Below are positions 1-8,065 of a stretch of 64,000 nt of DNA, piece after piece (within the stretch, counting starts at the first letter, position 1; each line of letters starts with the position of its first letter). The translations under genes were made by a program, and so were the position numbers. Source of the DNA: Acidimicrobiales bacterium (lineage in GTDB: Bacteria > Actinomycetota > Acidimicrobiia > Acidimicrobiales > JAKAVM01); assembly GCA_027452005.1 (NCBI GenBank), contig DAIDHF010000003.1, positions 38,925 through 102,924 of the forward strand, given 5' to 3'. A model generated the notes under the pieces. That model made no database searches. It saw nothing but the letters and a program-made list of their open reading frames with translations, and was not told the origin of the DNA.

Positions 1-1
1 T

Positions 2-3000
2 GGCGACTGCGCCGGCGCCGTGACTAGTGATCTCGGATACAACATTGACGACGACGGGACCTGTGGACTGACAGCCGGCACTAGCTACTCAGGAACTTCA
101 TCTGATGGCACATCCACTTATGGGACCGTAATGGATGACTACTTACCAACCACTCTCGCATCAAATGGCGGCCAAACTCAGACATTAGCCCTGCGAAGTA
201 CCCCGAGTCCCTCCACTACTTACGCGGATCCTGCCGTTGCGATTATCCCGACCACCTTCAGTCTGCCAGTAACCGAGCCAAACCAGGCGGGCACCAAGGT
301 GTGTACTGTAACCGACCAGCGCGGCACGCTACCACCTGCCTCGACCAACTGTGACATGGGTGCCTATTACCTGTCGCCGGTGCCCACCGTGACGAGCGTG
401 GGCACCAACGGTGCCTGTCCTGCCACAACCCCTTCGGGCCCGGCAGCAGGCGGCACCACGGTCACGGTCTGTGGCACCAACTTTAGCGGGGCAACTGTGG
501 TCAAATTCGGAACGACGGCTGCCACCTCCTTCACCGTGAACTCCGCCACGTCCATCACAGCCACCTCCCCGGCCGGATCGGGTACGGTCAACGTTACCGT
601 GACGACCCCCGGGGGTACAAGCACAACGTCTAGCGCTGACCAATTTAGTTTTCAGAATCCCGCTCCCGTAATGAGCACATCAACCACGGTACTTACGGCC
701 TCGACTAGTTCAGTCAATGTCGGTCAGTCGGTTACCTTTGTAGCTAGCGTCTCGTCCGGTACGACAATTTTAGATTCTGGTACGGTTTCGTTTTCGGTCA
801 GCCCCTCGACCGTAGCCCCGTCTTCGTCCTGCGCGAGCGGTTTAATGGGCGTACAACTGACGAGTTCGGGCCAGGCGAGCTGTGTTGTTACGTTTCCTAA
901 CTCGGGTTCTTACACCGTAGTCGCAAGCTACAACGGTTCTTCGACGTTCTCGACATCTTCTTCGAATGCCGAAAAAATTACGGTCGGGTCGCTAGTTTCA
1001 ACAGTGATTGACCTAACCTCGTCAACTCCAAGTGAGAATGTTTTTGGGTATATCTTTACTGACGCATTAGTCGGAACGAGTATTACTTTTTCAGCGGCTG
1101 TAACCACGCAATCTGGTACGACGGTAACCTCAGGTACCGTGACCTTTTCGAGTGGGATTTCTAATTCTAATTCAACGATTCCGTCAACTTTCACCCCGAT
1201 TCCGGGGTGCGTAAGTGTTCCGCTCGGATCAAATGGCCAAGCTAATTGTACTCCTGCACCATTCACTACCGGTAAGATAGGAGCAGTTCAAGCTACCTAC
1301 AACGGGTCGTCTGCTGACCAATCCTCGATCCAAACTATTTATGAAGGTCTATTCTCTCCTAGCACACCTTCAATCGTGTCGGTATCTCCTTCGTTCGGGT
1401 CCTCTTCGGGCGGGACGTCGATCAAGATAGAATTTACTAATGACCCAACTGGCGGACTTCCCAACGATCCAATAAAGGTTTCAATGGGTGGTGAAGCCGC
1501 TACAGTAAATTCCAAATTCACCTCAAATGTCAACGGAGTAGCAACTACCACACTGTCGGTTACTACGCCCTCTCACGCCGTGGGAATAGTAGATACTATT
1601 GTAACCGACCTTGCGGGGACATCGGTAAAGACTTCCTTGGACCAATTTACTTTTGTAAATTTTAAAGTCGATTCTTTATCTCCAAACTTGGGCCCACTTT
1701 CTGGAGGAACCAAGGTTTCGATATCAGGGTCTGGATTTATGTGCGAGTCAAGTACCTCGTGTGTGTCAGGCGTCGACTTTGATGGTCAAAGCGCCGAATC
1801 CTTTTCTGTGAACTCCGATAACTCTATAACAGCGGTCGCACCTCCGTTCTCCGACGTAAATGGAAGCTATATTCAAGACGTCACGATTGTAGCGGCGGGT
1901 GGAATATCTTCTGATGTTACGACGGCGGATCAATTTACCTATATCGGCATCCCTACGATTACTTCCGTCTCACCAGCAGTCGGTCGTGTCGAGGGGGGGG
2001 CAACTCTCACTATCACCGGAACCGGGTTTTACTGTGGGAGCATAGGGGCCTGTGTCTCTTCGGTATACTTTGATTCCGTCCAAGCCACGGCGTTTATTGC
2101 CAGATCCAATACGACTTTGACTGTCTTAGCCCCGTCGGGACCTGCCGGGAGCGTCGATATAAGGGTAACAACTCCGGGTGGGACCTCCCTGATTAGTGCG
2201 AGCGACGAATATACGTACACCAATGTGCTTTACGCCGTTCCGGCAGGAACCGGGACACTATGCACTTTGACTTCTCCATGTAGCCTAGGGTATGCCCTAG
2301 AAGATGCGGGCAGCGGCTACACGATCTACTTGGCCTCGCCTGGCACTTATGTCGGAAACTTCGTCATAACGACTCCAGTCACTATCGAGCCCTTGTCGAG
2401 CACAAATGGGGCGTATTGGATTCAGGCCAATTCTGGAAATGATGCCATTCAATTGAATTACAACGGGGCATTTACCGGAACGACGACAATAGATGATGTC
2501 ACGATAACCGGGAAGGCGAGAGGGATTGAGAACGACTTCGGAACCCTAGACTTGAACAACTGCGTGATTACTTCTAACAATACGGGTTCGGGTGGGGGAG
2601 GAATCTACAACCTGGGCACGATGGCACTAAACAACTGCACGATTTCGGGAAATACTGCCTACGGTTTTGATTTCCCCGGAGGCGGTGGAGGAGGAATCGA
2701 GAACTCGGGAACCATGGCGATTTCGGATTCGACGATCTCCGATAACACTGCTCATAACTCTGGAGGCGGTGGTGTTGACAATGTCGGCACGATGACAATG
2801 ACCAACACGACGGTCACCGGCAATGCCGCCGCAGGTGGGGGCGGCGGGATCTCCAATACCGGAGGCGGAACCCTGACCTTCGTTAGTTCGACTAGTGCTA
2901 GTAATACGCACCAGGGCAACGGAGCGGATGGACTCGAAAGCAGTGGAACTATATACGTTGCCGCCTCGATCTTGGCGGATACTTGCCAGGGCAACATTAT

Positions 3001-6000
3001 CGACGCGGGCTACAACGCCTCGGTTGTGTCGAATGGCTGTCCCGATAGTGCCACCGGTGACTTAACTTTTAGCACATCTCAACTCGGTCCGTTAGCCAAT
3101 AACGGGGGACTGACCCAGACTATGAGGCCAGCTGGTGGAAGTCCGGTCATAGGGGCGATATCACCTACCAGCCTAGCAATCGACGGGGCGAACTATTCGA
3201 TTTGTCCCACGACAGACCAAAGAGGCGATCCGAGTCCGTCAGGCGGACCTTGCGACATCGGATCGGTTCAGACCGGAGGTAGTCCACCCCCACTCTCGAT
3301 CACCCAGATAACGACTTCTACCAACGGGTCTTGCCCAGCAACGGGTCCCAACTGGGGGCCCATTGCTGGGGGATCGACGGTTTGTATAACCGGGACCGGA
3401 TTTACCGGCGCTAACTCGGTAAAGTTTCAGTCGCTATTAGGAGGTGTATCGAGCCCGGCGACTTCATTTAGCGTGGACTCTCTTTCTCAGATCACAGCAA
3501 TTGCTCCGGCTTGTCCCGGGCAGTGTTCGGGGCCGACGTACGCCCAGATTACTGTATCGAGCCCAACAAGTTCGAAATCGTTCTTCTTCGGATTTATCTA
3601 CCTCCCGAATAATCTAGTCTGGTATGTCTCATCCACGTCGACAACCGGTTGTCTTCCAGTTTGGTCGGGGAATTCCGTTTCCAATCCTTGTAGCCTTTCA
3701 TCCGCACTATCGGTAGCTGCTCCAGGCAATATAATTGAGCTAATCTCGGGATCGTCTAGTCCTTACACCGGGTCCTACACTCTAGACACGCCGGGAACTT
3801 CTCAGGCAGATCCGCTAACAATTGAACCCGGACAAGGTGTATCCGATCCAACGTTTTCAAACAACTTCTCAGGAAGCGCCTTTACTGCTTCAAACGGTGG
3901 CTTTTATGTTATTACAGGCGTGTCCAGCGATAAAAACCTTTCGGGGATTACCATCGGGAACTGTTCAAGCGGGAACGGAGGCGGAATAAACGCCGGAAAC
4001 TCAAACCTTACCGTTAGCGACGTAACTTTCTCAGGGAATCGCGCTACATATGGAGGAGCAATAGATGTTAACGGAGGATCGCTCCAAGTTTCAAACTCGA
4101 CGTTTTCAGATAACACAGCCTCCTACGGAGGAGCGATCGACAATTACGACAATACCAATAATAGTGGGCTGGTTGGCTCGATCAATATTTCTAATTCTAC
4201 GTTTTTCGAAGATACCGCAAGTGACGACGGGGGTGCAATCTACAACCCAGTTGGATCAACGGACGTTATCGAGTCAACCTTTGTCGCCAACTCTACCTCG
4301 CCTAAGACAGGCACTCAGGTAACTTCTGGGGCAACCATTTTTAACGGAACTTCCGGGAGCGTGGAAGTTGCGGCAGACATTCTTGACGGTTCGTGTAATC
4401 AAGGAACGACGTGGCAGGATAATGGTTACAACGTTTCGACCGACGCAACTTGTGAGGGAGCTAGTGTAGAAACCGATGGCTCGACGATGTCGCAAACAGG
4501 CGAACTTGACTCGGCACTTCTCACAAATAATGGAGGTCCGACCGAGACCATTGCTCTTCTACCCGGTAATCCGGCAGTTGGATTGATCCCGCCTCACGTA
4601 AATCCCTACTGTCCCGATACTGGCGTTCTCGACCAACGAGGTATCGGGAATTCGCCTGGGCAACCCTGCGATGCGGGAGCAGTTCAACTCTCGCTTCCGC
4701 CGAGAATCTGGTATGTATCGGCGCACAATACACGGGTACCGGTGACCTGCGTAGCCAATCAGGCCGGATCTAGTTCCGCTAGTCCTTGCGGACTTACTTC
4801 TGCGCTACTGGTTGCCAATGCTGGTGACACGATCGCGTTAGTAACTCCGGGTAGTACGACCGTTGCCGATGGCGAGTACTCGGGGAACTTTACGCTCGAC
4901 ACACCTGGAACCTCAAAAGAGCATCCTTTAACTATAGAGCCAGCTGGTGGCGTGGCTGATCCGATTATAAAATCGGGTGGGAATGGAGCCATTCTTACCA
5001 TTGGCAACGGAGGGTTCTATACTCTGACCGGGGTGGCTACCGACGGAACACAATCCGGAATCACAATTCAAGGTGGGAACGGGCAATTCGGGGGGGCCAT
5101 CTCAAACGACAACCAGGGGACTTTTGATGTCAACGACATTACACTTTCGAATAATGCGGGTAAAGATGGCGGGGCAATAAACAACATAGGAAGCGTCAAC
5201 GTTTCAAATTCGACTTTCCTGAACAACTCAGCTTCCGATAGTGGTGGAGCGATTGATAGCTTTGGCGCCTTGGTAGTATCGAACTCGACGTTCTCCAATA
5301 ATAGCGCTGTGAACGATGGAGGAGCTATTACTAATCCCGCCGGAGCGACGTCAGTTTTCTCATCCACCTTCGTCTCTAACGTCGGCAAATATGGCGACGA
5401 CATTGAGAACGGCGGTTCAGTAACCGTGGAGGCCGACGTCTTTGGCGATTCGTGTGCACAGCTTGGCGGTACCTGGACGGATAACGGCTATAACGCCGGC
5501 ACAGACTCAAGTTGTGAGAATGCCAAAGTGACCACCGATAACTCAAATATGGCTGCAACTCAACTTGGAGCCCTTGCTTCGAACGGTGGTCCAACCCAGA
5601 CCGTCGTTTTGGAAAAAGGTAATCCTGCAGCCGGACTTGTCCCGTCGGGAACGGCAACTTATTGTCCGGCTAGTGGAGTAATCGATCAACGTGGGGTTGT
5701 TGGTTCTTCTGGACAAGCCTGTGATGCCGGGGCGGTTCAACTGGTAGTGGCACCTCCGACGATTACAATGATCACCCCGTCTCAGGGACCCGCGGCCGGG
5801 GGGACTGATGTTACGATTACCGGTACCGGATTCTCTTGTGGAGCTTCATGTGTTCCAGTTGTCAAGTTCGGCACAAGCTTGGGAACTTCTGTTTCCGTAG
5901 TTTCAGACACTTCCCTCACGGTCAGCTCGCCCGCCGACAGCGGGTCGCCTGGTACGGTCGACGTTAGGATAACAAATTCCGATGGGATTACGTCGGCAAC

Positions 6001-8065
6001 GTCGTCGGCCGATCAGTTCATCTATACACCGGACGAGCAGGCTTATGTCGCCAATGCCCAGTCCAATACAGTATCGGTAGTCGATACTATTACTAAACAA
6101 TCCGTCAAGACGATTGAGGTCGGGAATACTCCGATGGCAGTTGTGATTACGCCAAATCATAAGTGGGCATACGTAGTGAACAACAATCCGGCTTCAGCCT
6201 CAAGCGCAAATGCCGGAAACTTTACGACGGGATCGGTTTCGGTAATCAATACGGCGACTAATACCGTTTCCACAACTATCCAGGTTGGAATGAACCCGGT
6301 AGCGATTGCGATAACTCCGGACGGTTCCAAGATATTTGTGGTAAACTCGTACTCGCAGAAGGCTCAACTTGATCCAACTAGTACAACCGGAACGATTTCG
6401 GTGATAAGCACATCCACTAACACGGTCACGGCTACTATCAACACCGGATTTGACCCGTTTGGGATTGCGATCTCTCCAGATGGGACCAAGGCGTTCATAT
6501 TAAACGACGTCGATCTCGCGAATTTGAACGTCAGCTCTGGGTCTTCGACGCCGAGTCTTGTCGGAGACGTTACTATAATCGACACGTCTAACTATGTCGA
6601 GACCCCGCCGATCGACGTCGGCATGGGACCTGACGCAATCGCGATCTCTCCAGACGGATCCTCAGCTTATGTTGCCAACTCTCAAGACAACACGGTGTCA
6701 GTAATAAATGTGGCAACGAAGTCGGTATCGTCGACGATAAGCGTTGGTCACGTTCCCGACGCTATCGCCTTTTCGCCTGACGGTAAAACTGTTTACGTGG
6801 GAAACAGTGATCTTACCTGCACACAAGCTACTCCGGCAGTCTGCACTTATGGCAACAGCGGTTCGGTTTCGGTGATCTCGACATCTTCGGGGACAGTGAC
6901 CGATACGTTACCAATGGGGAACTCAGCCACCAAGAACGAGGGTGCTCCGTCGGCAATAGCGATTGCCCCGGATGGATCTGTGTACGTTAGCAACGGGGCA
7001 TTCAATACGGTATCGGAGATATCCCCGTCCAACAATCAGGTTACCATGAACTCGATCTTCGTAGGACTCGCACCGTCGGCTATTGCAATGCTGCCTGCGG
7101 CCAATCAACCTTCATATCCACATACGAATCTCGCCTATGTGACTAACTTTGACGACAACACGATTTCGGTAGTCGACACCGCAACCAACGAGGTCCTTTC
7201 GTCTATCGGAGTCGGAAGTGGTCCGGATGGGGTGGCAGTAACTCCTGATGGTTCCAAGGCCTACGTGGCTAATTTCGACGCCAACACGGTGTCGGTGGTA
7301 GACACGGTCGTCGGGGCTGTCTCTTCGACGATTTCTGTAGGTCAAGGTCCGTCTGCGGTTGCTATATCTCCCGACGGTTCCAGGGCCTACGTTGCGAACT
7401 TTACCGACGGGACGGTCTCGGTGATCAATACATCTTCCGACACAGTCACCTCTACGATAGACGTTGAGCTTGATCCTCTAGCAATTGCAATTTCGCCAGA
7501 TGGGACGAAAGTCTACGTTGCAAACAGTGGGAGTGGAACGGTTTCAGTAATTGATACAGGGAACGACTCGGTTACTGCTGGGAACATTGCCGTGGGAAGT
7601 GGGCCGTCGGCTCTCGCGATTGCGCCAGACGGCAGTAAGGTTTATGTCGCCAACTACAACGACGGAACGGTCTCGGTGATAGACACCTCTTTGGGAACTG
7701 TCTCGGCGACGTTTAACGTTGAGACTCATCCGATGGCCGTTGCGATTACCCCAGACGGGAAACAGGTCTATGTTGCCGATTTCGGTACCAATACCATAGC
7801 TGTCGAACAAACTGACTCGACAAGTTCGCCACCTCAAATAGTCCAGGTTGGAAATGCACCGGATGCGATCGTCTTTAGCCAGAACGGCTCCGAAGCCTTT
7901 GTTGCCAACTACAACGACGGAACGGTCTCGGTTGTTAGTGTATCTACGGACTCGATCTCGTCAACTGTAGATGTAGGAAAGGGTCCAAGTGCGGTTGCCT
8001 TGGTTGAATCCGCGTTGTCGGTGCCGGCGGCACATTCAAAAACTTCTAAGAAAGGTGCTCGATGA
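2..8065 (+). CDS. Giant multidomain secreted/surface protein, 5'-partial (more than 2,687 codons visible): IPT/TIG and Ig-like domains, beta-helix (Pmp-like repeat) modules, C-terminal double YVTN-type beta-propeller
   Basis: The frame is open from nt 2 (GDCAGA precedes the GTG at 20) to TGA at 8063-8065. There are six IPT/TIG-like units (e.g. PTITSVSPAVGRVEGGATLTITGTGF...FTY). Three beta-helix blocks carry GGAI.N.G.L.V.NSTFS.N.A repeats, each closed by L..NGG.T.T...DQRG...CD.GA. There are 14 repeats of the AYVAN..DNTVSVIDT....I.VG.GP.AIAISPDGSK type. Confidence 0.85.
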   Translation, partial: GDCAGAVTSDLGYNIDDDGTCGLTAGTSYSGTSSDGTSTYGTVMDDYLPTTLASNGGQTQTLALRSTPSPSTTYADPAVAIIPTTFSLPVTEPNQAGTKVCTVTDQRGTLPPASTNCDMGAYYLSPVPTVTSVGTNGACPATTPSGPAAGGTTVTVCGTNFSGATVVKFGTTAATSFTVNSATSITATSPAGSGTVNVTVTTPGGTSTTSSADQFSFQNPAPVMSTSTTVLTASTSSVNVGQSVTFVASVSSGTTILDSGTVSFSVSPSTVAPSSSCASGLMGVQLTSSGQASCVVTFPNSGSYTVVASYNGSSTFSTSSSNAEKITVGSLVSTVIDLTSSTPSENVFGYIFTDALVGTSITFSAAVTTQSGTTVTSGTVTFSSGISNSNSTIPSTFTPIPGCVSVPLGSNGQANCTPAPFTTGKIGAVQATYNGSSADQSSIQTIYEGLFSPSTPSIVSVSPSFGSSSGGTSIKIEFTNDPTGGLPNDPIKVSMGGEAATVNSKFTSNVNGVATTTLSVTTPSHAVGIVDTIVTDLAGTSVKTSLDQFTFVNFKVDSLSPNLGPLSGGTKVSISGSGFMCESSTSCVSGVDFDGQSAESFSVNSDNSITAVAPPFSDVNGSYIQDVTIVAAGGISSDVTTADQFTYIGIPTITSVSPAVGRVEGGATLTITGTGFYCGSIGACVSSVYFDSVQATAFIARSNTTLTVLAPSGPAGSVDIRVTTPGGTSLISASDEYTYTNVLYAVPAGTGTLCTLTSPCSLGYALEDAGSGYTIYLASPGTYVGNFVITTPVTIEPLSSTNGAYWIQANSGNDAIQLNYNGAFTGTTTIDDVTITGKARGIENDFGTLDLNNCVITSNNTGSGGGGIYNLGTMALNNCTISGNTAYGFDFPGGGGGGIENSGTMAISDSTISDNTAHNSGGGGVDNVGTMTMTNTTVTGNAAAGGGGGISNTGGGTLTFVSSTSASNTHQGNGADGLESSGTIYVAASILADTCQGNIIDAGYNASVVSNGCPDSATGDLTFSTSQLGPLANNGGLTQTMRPAGGSPVIGAISPTSLAIDGANYSICPTTDQRGDPSPSGGPCDIGSVQTGGSPPPLSITQITTSTNGSCPATGPNWGPIAGGSTVCITGTGFTGANSVKFQSLLGGVSSPATSFSVDSLSQITAIAPACPGQCSGPTYAQITVSSPTSSKSFFFGFIYLPNNLVWYVSSTSTTGCLPVWSGNSVSNPCSLSSALSVAAPGNIIELISGSSSPYTGSYTLDTPGTSQADPLTIEPGQGVSDPTFSNNFSGSAFTASNGGFYVITGVSSDKNLSGITIGNCSSGNGGGINAGNSNLTVSDVTFSGNRATYGGAIDVNGGSLQVSNSTFSDNTASYGGAIDNYDNTNNSGLVGSINISNSTFFEDTASDDGGAIYNPVGSTDVIESTFVANSTSPKTGTQVTSGATIFNGTSGSVEVAADILDGSCNQGTTWQDNGYNVSTDATCEGASVETDGSTMSQTGELDSALLTNNGGPTETIALLPGNPAVGLIPPHVNPYCPDTGVLDQRGIGNSPGQPCDAGAVQLSLPPRIWYVSAHNTRVPVTCVANQAGSSSASPCGLTSALLVANAGDTIALVTPGSTTVADGEYSGNFTLDTPGTSKEHPLTIEPAGGVADPIIKSGGNGAILTIGNGGFYTLTGVATDGTQSGITIQGGNGQFGGAISNDNQGTFDVNDITLSNNAGKDGGAINNIGSVNVSNSTFLNNSASDSGGAIDSFGALVVSNSTFSNNSAVNDGGAITNPAGATSVFSSTFVSNVGKYGDDIENGGSVTVEADVFGDSCAQLGGTWTDNGYNAGTDSSCENAKVTTDNSNMAATQLGALASNGGPTQTVVLEKGNPAAGLVPSGTATYCPASGVIDQRGVVGSSGQACDAGAVQLVVAPPTITMITPSQGPAAGGTDVTITGTGFSCGASCVPVVKFGTSLGTSVSVVSDTSLTVSSPADSGSPGTVDVRITNSDGITSATSSADQFIYTPDEQAYVANAQSNTVSVVDTITKQSVKTIEVGNTPMAVVITPNHKWAYVVNNNPASASSANAGNFTTGSVSVINTATNTVSTTIQVGMNPVAIAITPDGSKIFVVNSYSQKAQLDPTSTTGTISVISTSTNTVTATINTGFDPFGIAISPDGTKAFILNDVDLANLNVSSGSSTPSLVGDVTIIDTSNYVETPPIDVGMGPDAIAISPDGSSAYVANSQDNTVSVINVATKSVSSTISVGHVPDAIAFSPDGKTVYVGNSDLTCTQATPAVCTYGNSGSVSVISTSSGTVTDTLPMGNSATKNEGAPSAIAIAPDGSVYVSNGAFNTVSEISPSNNQVTMNSIFVGLAPSAIAMLPAANQPSYPHTNLAYVTNFDDNTISVVDTATNEVLSSIGVGSGPDGVAVTPDGSKAYVANFDANTVSVVDTVVGAVSSTISVGQGPSAVAISPDGSRAYVANFTDGTVSVINTSSDTVTSTIDVELDPLAIAISPDGTKVYVANSGSGTVSVIDTGNDSVTAGNIAVGSGPSALAIAPDGSKVYVANYNDGTVSVIDTSLGTVSATFNVETHPMAVAITPDGKQVYVADFGTNTIAVEQTDSTSSPPQIVQVGNAPDAIVFSQNGSEAFVANYNDGTVSVVSVSTDSISSTVDVGKGPSAVALVESALSVPAAHSKTSKKGAR
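3613..5744 (+). repeat. Two tandem paralogous ~1.05-kb beta-helix modules inside the giant gene (3613-4690 and 4703-5744)
   Basis: Both modules start (L/R)(V/I)WYVS, continue ...PC.L.SAL.VA..G..I.L......Y.G.(Y/F)TLDTPGTS...PLTIEP, then GGAI-type repeats. Both end NNGGPT(E/Q)T...NPA.GL.P...YCP..GV.DQRG......CDAGAVQL. Confidence 0.8.
6041..8010 (+). repeat. Array of 14 YVTN-family beta-propeller repeats (about 42-60 aa each; consistent with two 7-bladed propellers)
   Basis: The periodic motif (A/V)(Y/F)V(A/V)N...(N/G)T(V/I)SV(I/V)(D/N)T.......I.VG..P.A(I/V)A(I/V)(S/T)PDG(S/T)K was counted 14 times in the translation. 28-nt identical stretches recur (e.g. ccaactacaacgacggaacggtctcggt at about 7652 and about 7907). 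Confidence 0.8.

Noticed and set aside
329-7837. About 25 antisense or alternative-frame ORFs of 60-112 aa inside the giant gene (e.g. 329-643, 928-1266, 5068-5403, 7544-7837).
   Set aside because: All are fully nested in a 8-kb ORF with clear domain repeats. They are shadow frames produced by the repetitive Gly/Ser/Thr-rich coding sequence and have no motifs of their own.
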